DNA of 58,083 nucleotides from Methanobacteriota archaeon (GTDB lineage: Archaea; Thermoplasmatota; Poseidoniia; MGIII; CG-Epi1): contig JAAZXG010000004.1 of assembly GCA_014240255.1 (NCBI GenBank), positions 1 to 58,083 of the forward strand, read 5' to 3'. Both the position numbers and the translations under genes were made by a program. Below are positions 11,122 to 21,087 of this stretch, piece after piece (the stretch's first letter is position 1; the number at the start of each line of letters is the position of its first letter). The notes below the pieces were generated by a model that was not told the origin of the DNA, did no database searches, and saw only the letters and a list, made by a program, of their open reading frames with translations.

Positions 11122-11994
11122 CTATTCGATATCTTCTTTCATAATTAGCCTTGTTGGATAGGCTAATCTTACACCCTGTTCTTCGAATTGTTTCAAAATT
11201 TCTTTGACAAAATATGATTTAGTACTTCTCATTTGAGGTGCATCAGGAACATAGTATCGAATCTCCATGATAACTTCTTGGTCTCCAAAATCTCTCAACA
11301 CAATTTGAGGTGGTTTTGGTTCTTCTTGACAAATATCATCATGACCTTTAGCAATATTTTCTACGATTTCTTCTCCCTTAGATACATTTTTCCAGGTGGG
11401 TACTAATCCTAATCGGATTCTTACTCGAAGCCTTCGGTCGTCTTTATGATTAAAATTAGCAATGGTGTCTTTTGTTAGTAATTTATTTGGTATAGTTAGA
11501 AGAACTCCATCAGTAGAACGTACTCTGGTTGTTCTGAGCCCAATCTCACTTACATCTCCCCAGCCTGAATACAAACTTCCTATTTTCTTTGGTAACAATA
11601 TCCGATCCCCTTCCCTAAATGGTCTATCTACCATAAGAAATATACCTGCAATAATATTCTCAATAGTATCTTGAGCTGCAAAAGCCATTGCTAGTCCTAC
11701 GATACCTAGGGCTGCTACAATTCCGGTGACGTTGATTCCCACTTCATTGGCAGCTGTTAGGATAATTACTAACCAAAGACCTACACTAACTACCTTAAAG
11801 AGAAAATTCTCGATACCTTCATCAATATAATCATATTTTTCAAAGAACTGTCTAACATATTTTAAGACCAGTTTTACCAAGGGAAATCCGATAAGGATTG
11901 TCAATAAAGCTGCGACAGGCCCAAAGTTAGCTATGTCTGTAACACATTCAAGATTCGGTTCTAAACTATTTGGTAGATTTGTTAAGCAGCTCAT
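11122..11994 (-). CDS. MscS-family mechanosensitive channel
   Basis: 'GIVGLAMAFAAQDTIENIIAGIFLMVDRPFREGDRI' pore-helix/beta-domain signature. Confidence 0.8.
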   Translation of the reverse strand: MSCLTNLPNSLEPNLECVTDIANFGPVAALLTILIGFPLVKLVLKYVRQFFEKYDYIDEGIENFLFKVVSVGLWLVIILTAANEVGINVTGIVAALGIVGLAMAFAAQDTIENIIAGIFLMVDRPFREGDRILLPKKIGSLYSGWGDVSEIGLRTTRVRSTDGVLLTIPNKLLTKDTIANFNHKDDRRLRVRIRLGLVPTWKNVSKGEEIVENIAKGHDDICQEEPKPPQIVLRDFGDQEVIMEIRYYVPDAPQMRSTKSYFVKEILKQFEEQGVRLAYPTRLIMKEDIE

Positions 11995-12076
11995 AGTTTA
12001 TTGTATTTAATCTACTATAAAACAGCTTCCTTTTAAGATGGTCTTTAAATTATACGGTTGTTAAAGGTTAACAGCT

Positions 12077-13282
12077 ATGGATATTTCGAAGTATAGAAAA
12101 GATTTTCCAATTCTGAATTCAGATGATTCACCAGTCTATTTGGATAGTGCCTGCATGACATTAAGACCTCAGATTGTTATAGATGCTATAACTGATTATT
12201 ATACTAATTATCCGGCATGTGGGGGTCGTTCGGTTCATAAGTTAAGTTGGCAAGTAACAGAAAATTTTGAAATGGCTCGTGATAGTCTTCGTAGATTTAT
12301 GGGTGCTGAAAGCCCTTCTGAGATTGTATTTACTAAGAATGCAACCGAGAGTATGAACATTGTAGCCAACGGTTTAAATTTGACTAAAGGTGATGAAGTT
12401 CTAACCTCTGACAAAGAACATAACGCGAATGTTGTGCCTTGGCATCACTTAGCTAAGTACAAAGGAATAAAGTATGATGTATTACCAGCCAAGGATAATT
12501 ATTTTTTTGATATCGAAGCATTGAAAGAGAGTCTAAGCAGTAAAACAAAATTATTCAGTTTTGTTCACACTTCAAACTTAGATGGTCATTCAAATCCAGC
12601 TAAAGAGATAGTCGAAATTTGTCATGATAAAGGAGTTAAGGTAATGATGGATACTGCTCAATCAGCCCCTCATAAGGAAATTAATGTTGTAGATTTAGAT
12701 GTAGATTTTGCGGCAGTTAGTGCACATAAATTTTGTGGACCTAGTGGAATGGGAGCATTGTATGGCAAGTTTGATGAATTGAAAGACTTAATTCCAACAT
12801 ATGTTGGAGGTTCTACTGTTGTTAATTCAACCTATAAAGATTATAAATTATTACCACCTCCATCTTGTTTTGAAGCTGGATTACAGAATTATGCCGGAGC
12901 TATTGGTTCTGGTGCGGCAGCAGAATATATTATGAATATAGGAAGAGATAATATTCAAGAGCATGAGAATAAATTAAATAAATTAATGACTAAAGAATTG
13001 TGTGATGTAGAATCGTTAAATTTAGTAGGCCCATCTGATGCTAACCAGAGAGGAGGTATATTTTCATTTAATCTAGATGGATGGGACCCTACAGAAGTAG
13101 CCATGCATTTAGATGAAGAATATAACATCGCAATACGTAGTGGTATGCATTGTGTTCATTCTTGGTTTAATTCAAGAGGTATTGATGGAACTGCTAGAGC
13201 TAGTGTTTATCTTTACAATAATGAAGAAGATGTTCTGTCTTTTACCAATGCAATTAAAGAAAGTATAGATAATAGAAAATGA
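12077..13282 (+). CDS. sufS: Cysteine desulfurase, class V aminotransferase (group II, SufS/CsdA-like)
   Basis: PLP-lysine region 'SAHKFCGPSGMGALYG'. Active-site Cys loop 'RSGMHCV' resembles the group II 'RxGHHCA'. Confidence 0.8.
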   Translation: MDISKYRKDFPILNSDDSPVYLDSACMTLRPQIVIDAITDYYTNYPACGGRSVHKLSWQVTENFEMARDSLRRFMGAESPSEIVFTKNATESMNIVANGLNLTKGDEVLTSDKEHNANVVPWHHLAKYKGIKYDVLPAKDNYFFDIEALKESLSSKTKLFSFVHTSNLDGHSNPAKEIVEICHDKGVKVMMDTAQSAPHKEINVVDLDVDFAAVSAHKFCGPSGMGALYGKFDELKDLIPTYVGGSTVVNSTYKDYKLLPPPSCFEAGLQNYAGAIGSGAAAEYIMNIGRDNIQEHENKLNKLMTKELCDVESLNLVGPSDANQRGGIFSFNLDGWDPTEVAMHLDEEYNIAIRSGMHCVHSWFNSRGIDGTARASVYLYNNEEDVLSFTNAIKESIDNRK

Positions 13283-13851
13283 ATGATTATCCCTTAGCTT
13301 CTTCTGAACAAGATCTAAATATAGGAAAAAAACGGTATTCTAAGCCTGAGTTTCCTCCCTATAGGTTTGTACCTGGACTTCATCCACATCCAACTAACAG
13401 CCCTGAAGGGCACAGTTTTGGTGCGGAAGAAGATGAGGTAACGAAGTGGAATTCGGATTTATGGATTGATAATCAAGATTATTTATATGGAATTGATCTT
13501 TACAATTATCATTTCTACTGGGAAGCTCATGAAGCTTGGGAAGGATTATGGATTGTTTCTGTAAGAAATAGTAGTGAGCATATGTTTCTACAAGGCTTGA
13601 TAAAATTAGGAGCTGCTTTATTGAAAATTAGAATGGCTAGTTTAGAAATTCAAGATTTGATAGGTGCTCGTAATTTGGCTAAGTCAGGTATGTCTCTTCT
13701 ATCTAAGGTTCGGCCTACAAAATTCATGGGATTGAATATTCCTAAGTATTTGGAATCCTATGGGGATTTTATTAAACCAATACATGATAATGATATACCT
13801 CTTATTGATAATAATACTCCTAGATTATTACTAGACGTTAATCAGCATTAA
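13279..13851 (+). CDS. DUF309-domain protein
   Basis: 'LYNYHFYWEAHEAWEGLW' matches the DUF309 core. The start overlaps the sufS-like stop (ATGA). Confidence 0.55.
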   Translation: MNDYPLASSEQDLNIGKKRYSKPEFPPYRFVPGLHPHPTNSPEGHSFGAEEDEVTKWNSDLWIDNQDYLYGIDLYNYHFYWEAHEAWEGLWIVSVRNSSEHMFLQGLIKLGAALLKIRMASLEIQDLIGARNLAKSGMSLLSKVRPTKFMGLNIPKYLESYGDFIKPIHDNDIPLIDNNTPRLLLDVNQH

Positions 13852-14956
13852 CCATTGGCCGGCTAGATCCACATTCAGGGCACATTTGCATCTTATCTTT
13901 CTTGTAATCATGGTTACATGCAGGGCAAATCGGAGATAAGATAAGTGTAGTATTTTCATCAATCTCAACTCTTTCGTCTTCTACTCTTGAAAAGCTGATT
14001 TCATTTTGTTCTGCAGTTGGTATTTCAAATCTACCTGAGCCACCGATTTCTGCTAAAAGGTCAGGAGGTAAAGTTACAGTTCCAGTATCGTCTATTATAA
14101 TTTCCCGACTGACATTTAGATCTGTAATATCAACAGTATTCCCGTGTTGAGCCACAAATCTACCATCTCTTAATTCTAAGGATCTATCTGCAAATGCAGC
14201 TACTTCTCTACTGTGTGTAACTATTAGGAATGAAACATCTCTTTCTTCATGTAATTCTTTGAATAAACCAAGAACTTCTCTACTAGTTATTGGATCTAAG
14301 GCCCCCGTGGGTTCGTCAGCTAGAATAAGTTTTGGATTAGTGATTAGTGCTCTTGCAATCGCGACTCGTTGTTGTTCTCCCCCAGACAATTCTTCAGGCA
14401 TTCCATATGCTCTTTCTTTCATTTTTAAGAAATCTAATAAATCCATAGCTTTTTTCTGAGCACTCTTTATCATTTCACCCTGATGAATTAGTGGTTGTGC
14501 AACATTATCTAATGCATTAAGATCAGGTAATAGGTTCGATTCCTGGAAAATAAAAGAAACAGTTTTTTGACGCATTTCAACAAGTTCAGAGCCTTGCATA
14601 CGCGTAATTGCTTCACCACCCATTATGACGCCTCCAGCAGAAGGTTTCATTAGTCCTCCTAGACATTTTAGGAGGGTAGATTTCCCAGAGCCTGAAGGCC
14701 CTACAACGGCAACAGCTTCGCCTTTGTTGACACTAACATGTAACCCTCTTAGTGCTACTACATTTCCTTCTAAAGCTTTGGATTCGTATACGTGATATAG
14801 TCCACTGGCATTCAGAATTTCATTTTTATCGGGAGATATACTTTTCTTTATTTGTGTGTTTTTAAAGTTCATATCTGCATTTAGCATTTCTTCCTCAGTA
14901 TCTCCACTTTGTTTACCTTGGCCTACTGTATGTTCAAAAGGTTTTTCTTTACTCAC
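13838..14956 (-). CDS. ABC transporter ATP-binding protein (MacB/LolD-type) with ~45-aa N-terminal and ~110-aa C-terminal extensions
   Basis: Walker A 'GPSGSGKST', signature 'LSGGEQQRVAIARAL', Walker B 'LILADEPTGALD', and a C-terminal zinc ribbon 'CPACNHDYKKDKMQMCPECG'. Confidence 0.9.
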   Translation of the reverse strand: MSKEKPFEHTVGQGKQSGDTEEEMLNADMNFKNTQIKKSISPDKNEILNASGLYHVYESKALEGNVVALRGLHVSVNKGEAVAVVGPSGSGKSTLLKCLGGLMKPSAGGVIMGGEAITRMQGSELVEMRQKTVSFIFQESNLLPDLNALDNVAQPLIHQGEMIKSAQKKAMDLLDFLKMKERAYGMPEELSGGEQQRVAIARALITNPKLILADEPTGALDPITSREVLGLFKELHEERDVSFLIVTHSREVAAFADRSLELRDGRFVAQHGNTVDITDLNVSREIIIDDTGTVTLPPDLLAEIGGSGRFEIPTAEQNEISFSRVEDERVEIDENTTLILSPICPACNHDYKKDKMQMCPECGSSRPMVNAD

Positions 14957-17900
14957 TATTCCCCCTTTAAGATCATTGCTAAATTTGCATTAAGTACTTT
15001 TCTGGTTGTCAATACTAGAGCTATTATTACGGCGATAAGAACAGAAATATTTACAATTATTATTTCAGCCCATGGCCAAACCAATTCTCTATCTATCGGT
15101 GTTGCATTACCTAGGAATATTTGGAAAATATATCCAAATACAAAGAAAAATCCGTTGAATGTTTGAGCAACTCCAACTCCTAATAATACTCCAAGAGTCA
15201 TACTAACAATAATTATAGATAAGATTTCAAAGAGGACTAATTTTCTAATTTGATTTGGGCTTGCTCCTATAGCTTGGAGAATTGCTAATTCTTTGCTTCT
15301 TTGGTCTAAGACAAGAGATAAGAATACAAAAGCTGAAGCTACAACTGCAACAGATGAAATCATAAATTGTAGACTTAGTAATCCTTGTGTACCAAATATT
15401 AGGCCTCCATTTGTTTCAACTTCTTCGTGGGATGATGCCCAATCTTCTGAACTAAATACTATTTCATTATTAGTCATTTCACTAGCAATTCTCGATAGTG
15501 CTTTTTTACAATCTTCTTTTCCTTGATCACACAATTCGAAAAACCAAATATTAGAGACATAAGAGTCAGCTATATCTTCTCCTACTAATTTCCTGTATGA
15601 ATTTTCCCCCAAAATTATAGCATTATTTGTATCTGTTGCAGAAATTCCTGGAATCCATTCATGTTTCCCAAGATACGTAATTTGAGTTTCTCTAAATGTG
15701 CTATTTGCATAATCAATTTCAAGAGAGGGATTACTACTTTTTACTCCAAATCCAAATTTATTTTGTGTTATATTATCATTGTCAATTATTATATTAAAAT
15801 TTAATGTATTATCAACAAATGGTGGAATTTCAAGGAATAAAGTGAAATTACTTCCACTAGTAATTGGTAATGTATTATTTCCAATAATGCTTTCAATTGT
15901 TAAGTTATATGTTGTGTTATCCAAGTTATTTATAACAATCCAAGAGCCAGCAGTCAAATTATTAGTCCAATTTTGTTTCAATGAACCATTAGTAATATTT
16001 AATTCGTATGTTTCATATTTATAATTTTGATTCATCCTAAATACATATTCGGGGTATTCTAAGGTAATTTTATATTCAAATCCGGAATTTTCAGATTCTG
16101 ATTCAGGGCCTATCCCTCCATCATCCTCTTCAGGTAAATCGAGTAAACTGATGGCACCTTCACCAGCAGTGAAACCATCATTCGCTAATTTTTTCATTGT
16201 TTTATCAATATTTCTATCCGGTACTGCTTGTTGATCCCAAATAAGTGTATTTTCAGAATTATCAAATATGACATATGTCGTAATAATTCCAGAATTACCT
16301 TTTGTGGTAGGATATATTGTTCCGACTGAAACACTAGATTTTATCTCTTTTATTTCATTGTCATTTAATTTGTCTATTGCTTTTTCTACTGCGCTCTGAG
16401 CTTCTTCTTTAGAGATTGGATCTACAAATTGTATTTGCAGATCAGCTCCAACATCTGCTGATGCTGTTCTTTCATCTACATCAGTCCCAGTATATCCTTG
16501 TATAGCTGCTAAAGTTACAATAGATAATGTCAACAACATGATAACAGCTAATCTGTTTACAGTGTCTGAAGAGGTAGAATTGGTCAATCCCCTTTTAATA
16601 TCAGATAGAAGGGCCGTTCTTCCGAATATTTTAACTAGAATTTCCGGTCCTTTTGCTCCGATTCTGCCCAATATTATGGCACCCCCAATCCACAGTAGGA
16701 ATGGAGCGAATATTTTGAGAAGACCATCCGTTATGAAATTAGTAATCAAGCCGTCTTCTCCAATACCTCCTAGGCCTCCATTATCTTCTATCCAAATTTC
16801 GATTCCGGTTAAAAGGCCTATAATGAAGGCGATAAGAGGAAGCCAGAACCTAGGTTCAGCCTTCTTTACACTATTTTTGACACCTTCTTCGATTTCTTGT
16901 TCAAGGAATTCTTTAGCCTTAGTTCTTCCATAGTACCAAGCAATTCCTATTGTGACTGCTATTGTGAAGGTTAATGCAAGTGTGCCCAAGTTATTCCATC
17001 TATATTCATCCAAATCACTATTTCGTTCGAAATCCATAAATCCAACAGCAGATAGTAAATCTGGAACTATACCTATTGAAAGGATATAGCCACCAATAAA
17101 TGCTAATGTACTAACTATTATCACTTCCGAAGTAAGCATTTTCCTCAAACCTTTTTGGGTACCTCCAATAACACGATGGATTGCTATTTCTCTTCTTCTT
17201 TGTTCGAGTGACAATTGTAATCCATATATCAATACAGAGAAAGATAAGACTACAATTGGTATTGCTAGAATATAATTAAAAATTCCAACAAGGCCTAAGA
17301 ATATATTCAGAAATATGATGGTTCCCCGGATTAAGTCAGTATAAATTAGTTCGACTTCTCCGTCAGCATATCCTCCCCAAGAATCTACGAGAGTTCCATT
17401 TATTTCTGCACGTGACCCCAAGTATTGAGACTCCATGATGAAATAGTCTATAGATTCATTCTTAGAGTTCACGAAATTTTTCAGATTGGTAACGTTACTA
17501 ACAAAACATTGGGCTTTTATTGTTTTATCCTTACAATCTTTTTCACTTTGTGAACCGCTTAAAACACCTATTTTACTTTCCGTATTCAGGTTTTCTCTTG
17601 TTACTGATGAAGTTCCATTGGCTGCATACAGTACAGTTATTCTTTTTTCGGTAACTTCTTCATATAAATCATCTAAGTAATCAGCAGCAGCATCTGCAGT
17701 CTGAGATGGTAATTTGTCCCTATCTAGGGCAAAACCAAGATATCCATGATCATAATCCATTAAAGTTGTTTTTTGAGCTTCACTTAGTAATTCAGCAGAG
17801 ATAATTACAGGGTCAAATAAGATGGTAGGATTTCCAGCACCTTTTTCTTGGTAAATTGCAGCAATTGTAAGATTTGTAACAGTCATATTAAGTCTACAAT

Positions 17901-18714
17901 ATTTATGGCCATTATCCACAGGTCCATATTCAATATTTTTAGCGTCACACCCTGGCATTTCTTCAGAGAATAGTTTTACATCTGTAACATATGAAAATGT
18001 TAGTGAACTTATTGTATCATTTATCTCAACACCGGCTTGACTGGCCAATTTGGAGGGTAAAATTACAGCTCTCATTTCTGTAGCTTTTTTTCCAGATATA
18101 GGCCACTCACCATACATTATGTCTTTAGAATGTCTTTCTCCTAGTTCACCATCCCATATTCCGTCACCATAAAACCTAATTATTCGTTCATCATTGATTG
18201 GAGGTCCTGATTCTAATGCTTCAGGATAGTCTAGACTTACATTATTCCAATTTCCAGTACCTTCTATATTTTCAACGTTAAGTGGTTGTGGTGTAAAAAA
18301 CCCTTCATCAAAGAAACCATCTACACGTATTCCCTGTCTTCCAAAAACAATTCCACAATCATCGAATTCTTCTTTTTGAGTTAATTCATCACATACCGAT
18401 TCCCAAACTACAGAATCATTTGTTCTCCCTAAAACATCGTTTCCTGGATCTTGACGAAAATCTACTTTCCCATCGAATAATAAATCATCAACGCCATCTT
18501 TTAGTGCAGCTTTTGAAAGTCCACTTCCGTAGGCGAAAACGGTAGTTATTACCAAGGTAGCCAAGAAAACACCAGCGATTATTGCAATAGCTCTTTCTCT
18601 TCCTCTCCATGTTCTTTTAAGAACTATAGGAATAGAGGAAGGCAAATTCAGGAACCATTTCTTTATACTTAAAAATGAAGTTAAAAGTGTTGAAAGAAAT
18701 AATAATCTTATCAT
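14956..18714 (-). CDS. Fused double FtsX/MacB-type ABC permease with two large extracytoplasmic domains
   Basis: Two FtsX hallmark segments, 'RRREIAIHRVIGGTQKGLRKML' and 'RSKELAILQAIGASPNQIRKLV', each followed by TM bundles. Each module is preceded by a ~400-aa hydrophilic region. Overlaps both flanking ATPase genes. Confidence 0.8.
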   Translation of the reverse strand: MIRLLFLSTLLTSFLSIKKWFLNLPSSIPIVLKRTWRGRERAIAIIAGVFLATLVITTVFAYGSGLSKAALKDGVDDLLFDGKVDFRQDPGNDVLGRTNDSVVWESVCDELTQKEEFDDCGIVFGRQGIRVDGFFDEGFFTPQPLNVENIEGTGNWNNVSLDYPEALESGPPINDERIIRFYGDGIWDGELGERHSKDIMYGEWPISGKKATEMRAVILPSKLASQAGVEINDTISSLTFSYVTDVKLFSEEMPGCDAKNIEYGPVDNGHKYCRLNMTVTNLTIAAIYQEKGAGNPTILFDPVIISAELLSEAQKTTLMDYDHGYLGFALDRDKLPSQTADAAADYLDDLYEEVTEKRITVLYAANGTSSVTRENLNTESKIGVLSGSQSEKDCKDKTIKAQCFVSNVTNLKNFVNSKNESIDYFIMESQYLGSRAEINGTLVDSWGGYADGEVELIYTDLIRGTIIFLNIFLGLVGIFNYILAIPIVVLSFSVLIYGLQLSLEQRRREIAIHRVIGGTQKGLRKMLTSEVIIVSTLAFIGGYILSIGIVPDLLSAVGFMDFERNSDLDEYRWNNLGTLALTFTIAVTIGIAWYYGRTKAKEFLEQEIEEGVKNSVKKAEPRFWLPLIAFIIGLLTGIEIWIEDNGGLGGIGEDGLITNFITDGLLKIFAPFLLWIGGAIILGRIGAKGPEILVKIFGRTALLSDIKRGLTNSTSSDTVNRLAVIMLLTLSIVTLAAIQGYTGTDVDERTASADVGADLQIQFVDPISKEEAQSAVEKAIDKLNDNEIKEIKSSVSVGTIYPTTKGNSGIITTYVIFDNSENTLIWDQQAVPDRNIDKTMKKLANDGFTAGEGAISLLDLPEEDDGGIGPESESENSGFEYKITLEYPEYVFRMNQNYKYETYELNITNGSLKQNWTNNLTAGSWIVINNLDNTTYNLTIESIIGNNTLPITSGSNFTLFLEIPPFVDNTLNFNIIIDNDNITQNKFGFGVKSSNPSLEIDYANSTFRETQITYLGKHEWIPGISATDTNNAIILGENSYRKLVGEDIADSYVSNIWFFELCDQGKEDCKKALSRIASEMTNNEIVFSSEDWASSHEEVETNGGLIFGTQGLLSLQFMISSVAVVASAFVFLSLVLDQRSKELAILQAIGASPNQIRKLVLFEILSIIIVSMTLGVLLGVGVAQTFNGFFFVFGYIFQIFLGNATPIDRELVWPWAEIIIVNISVLIAVIIALVLTTRKVLNANLAMILKGE

Positions 18715-19535
18715 TCAGTGACCCCCCATGCATCTTTGATGTTTGATGCTGCAGTAATTCCATCTTTCATTAATAACATTCTATCGGCTTTAGTAGCTAG
18801 CATTGGATCATGTGTCACCATTAGTATAGAAATGGGGTTTACTGGATCGCTGCAAAGTTCTTTGAAAAGATTTAAAACATCCTCCCCACTTTTCACGTCT
18901 AGATTGCCCGTTGGTTCATCTGCAAGCAAAAGTGGTCTCGAACCTGAAATTGCTCGTGCTACAGCAACTCTTTGCTGTTGTCCTCCAGATAATTGTCCTG
19001 CAGGAAAATCTATGCGGTCTTCCAATCCTACTTTGATTAATGCTTCTATAGCTTTTTCATCAGCTTCTTCTTTTTTCATTCCCTTTATTTCAAGTGCTAA
19101 TGCAACATTGTCTTGAGCCGTTAATTGTTCTAGTAAGTGAAAATCTTGAAATATCCAGCCAATACCATTTCTCCTGACGTTAACAACTTTGTTTGGGTTC
19201 TTAGTGCCATAAATAAATTTATTCGCATTTCCAATTTCCCCATCTCCATCAAAATCTCGGTTTAATTTTTCTTCCAGTTTATCCTTTACATTAGATACTT
19301 TTCTAATAGTACCTATTGAACTAGTATCCTCCAGCTCTATTTCTCCAGAATCACCACGTAGTAATCCTCCTATAATATTTAATAAGGTTGATTTACCACA
19401 GCCTGAAGGCCCCATAAGTGCAACTAATTCACCTTTCTTAATAGATAAATTCACACCTTTTAGAACTTCTATTCTTGTGTTAAAAGTTTTAGATCCAAAA
19501 CCTCTCTTCAAATTTTTAACTTCAAGCAATGTCAT
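18711..19535 (-). CDS. ABC transporter ATP-binding protein with a ~45-aa insertion between Walker A and the Q-loop
   Basis: Walker A 'GPSGCGKST', 'WIFQDFHLL', signature 'LSGGQQQRVAVARA', Walker B 'LLLADEPTGNLD'. The insert contains 'DFDGDGEIG'. Confidence 0.9.
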   Translation of the reverse strand: MTLLEVKNLKRGFGSKTFNTRIEVLKGVNLSIKKGELVALMGPSGCGKSTLLNIIGGLLRGDSGEIELEDTSSIGTIRKVSNVKDKLEEKLNRDFDGDGEIGNANKFIYGTKNPNKVVNVRRNGIGWIFQDFHLLEQLTAQDNVALALEIKGMKKEEADEKAIEALIKVGLEDRIDFPAGQLSGGQQQRVAVARAISGSRPLLLADEPTGNLDVKSGEDVLNLFKELCSDPVNPISILMVTHDPMLATKADRMLLMKDGITAASNIKDAWGVTE

Positions 19536-19600
19536 GATAATTCCGTGGTTTGTATTATATTATATAAGCTTTCTTAGCCAAGTGCCTAATTTTTAAATTA

Positions 19601-20344
19601 TCAAGGTTTTATCCATTCAAGGCTAATCCATCTTTTTTTGTAGGCTAAAACTATAGTTTTATTGACGCCATGTCCGACTCTAACCATTCTTGTAATATCT
19701 AACCACGTTATTCCATCTTTTACAATGTGTATGAGCCATGGTGCGTGTTTTGATTCATAGTTGTAAACTCTATAATGAGTCCCAAATTTAAGTCCGGAAT
19801 TAATTTGATATCCTTTATCTATTAATTCTTTTACATCGGGATCATTTATTATTATATTTCCTTCTTCTTTTAGTTTGGTTATTGGCCATTCGACAATCCT
19901 TGATACATAATAGACAACATCTTCTTCGATATCAATAATTGCAATTTGTATTCTTCTTTCTAATCCCCTATCTAGTTCATCAAAGATGTCATTAAAATCA
20001 ATTTTATTTTTAAAATATTTAGCCAAAATTACAGCTGAAGACTGACCTTTTGTTGATGTGTTCCGATCATATAATCTGAGGCCATATTCATCTACTTTGA
20101 CCATTAATCCTCTTTCTTTCAGATCTTTGTAAACAATGTGGGTAAGATTGTTTGTTTTGAAATTGTCAATTTCTTTTTTGGTTAAATCAATGTCATTTCG
20201 ATAATCACAATAAAGTGCCTCTTCTTTTCTCAAAAGCAGTTGTCCTTTTTCTATAGGAGTTCCTGTTTTTCCTTTGTTGTATATTTGAGCAGCTAATCTT
20301 TCATCTGTGATTATGATTCCATTTTCACTACATTCATAAGTCAA
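19601..20344 (-). CDS. endA: tRNA-splicing (intron) endonuclease EndA
   Basis: C-terminal catalytic unit 'SGLKFGTHYRVYNYESKHAPWLIHIV...GVNKTIVLAY' carries the Tyr/His/Lys pattern of archaeal EndA. The N-terminal half looks like a degenerate repeat. Confidence 0.7.
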   Translation of the reverse strand: MTYECSENGIIITDERLAAQIYNKGKTGTPIEKGQLLLRKEEALYCDYRNDIDLTKKEIDNFKTNNLTHIVYKDLKERGLMVKVDEYGLRLYDRNTSTKGQSSAVILAKYFKNKIDFNDIFDELDRGLERRIQIAIIDIEEDVVYYVSRIVEWPITKLKEEGNIIINDPDVKELIDKGYQINSGLKFGTHYRVYNYESKHAPWLIHIVKDGITWLDITRMVRVGHGVNKTIVLAYKKRWISLEWIKP

Positions 20345-21087
20345 GTTTCCACCCCCTTGACAATTTTAACCTTTCCAGCATCACTTAGCATTCTTGCATT
20401 ATAGATTGGTATGTCTGTAATTTCGTTCTTCTTAAGAGTATAATTTTTTGCATCCATTCCAGTAAATGTGGGTAAATCTTCTAAAACTTCGACTTTTACA
20501 TATTCTTCTTTATCTTTAACCTCTTTAGATTCTGTGATTTTAGGTTTCTCTATTATTGATTTTTCATTTTCCGACGTTTTAGTGACTGGTTGTTGAATTT
20601 TATTTTTATCTATATTTAGTTCTTCACTTTCTGATTCTATAATTTTTGTTTCTTCTTCGATATAATTTATATCTTTACTAAGTAAGGTTTTCTTTCTATG
20701 TTCTTCAATTACACTACATAAGGCGACAAGATATTCAATTTCACTATTGTGTGCATTTTCGGTGTTTGGGTTTTGGCCATTCACTTTTTCACGTGCTAAA
20801 TCAGTAAGTTTTCTTTCTCTGTGTTTATGCAACTCTAGTTTCATATCCATAAATTTCCGGATATCTGCATTTGCTTTTTCAAATCGAGTAGGGTCTTTTT
20901 TTGTATTTTCTATTACTTGTCTTATTTGACTTTCTAACTGGTTCATTCTATTATAAAATGATGAGGGCAATTTGGTTAATCTACCTTCTCTTCTTTCCTT
21001 AAAAGTTTGAACTCTTAAGTCTCTCAGAGTCATTAAATTGTCAGTCATTATATTCGCATTAAAATGGTTGTTAAGAATGTTTCCCAC
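20341..21087 (-). CDS. GINS-like DNA replication complex subunit (Gins51/Gins15-type), tentative
   Basis: A-domain-like 'LRVQTFKERREGRLTKLPSSFY'. C-terminal B-domain-like 'VEVLEDLPTFTGMDAKNYTLKKNEITDIPIYNARMLSDAGKVKIV'. The likely real start is ATG at 21048 or 21033. The stop overlaps the endA start. Confidence 0.5.
   Translation of the reverse strand: MGNILNNHFNANIMTDNLMTLRDLRVQTFKERREGRLTKLPSSFYNRMNQLESQIRQVIENTKKDPTRFEKANADIRKFMDMKLELHKHRERKLTDLAREKVNGQNPNTENAHNSEIEYLVALCSVIEEHRKKTLLSKDINYIEEETKIIESESEELNIDKNKIQQPVTKTSENEKSIIEKPKITESKEVKDKEEYVKVEVLEDLPTFTGMDAKNYTLKKNEITDIPIYNARMLSDAGKVKIVKGVET

Noticed and set aside
16538-16933. 131-aa plus-strand ORF (also 15293-15526, 15779-16024, 17486-17680, 18718-19116, 14259-14459)
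   Set aside because: All are antisense shadows inside the ABC permease and ATPase genes, which have clear family motifs.
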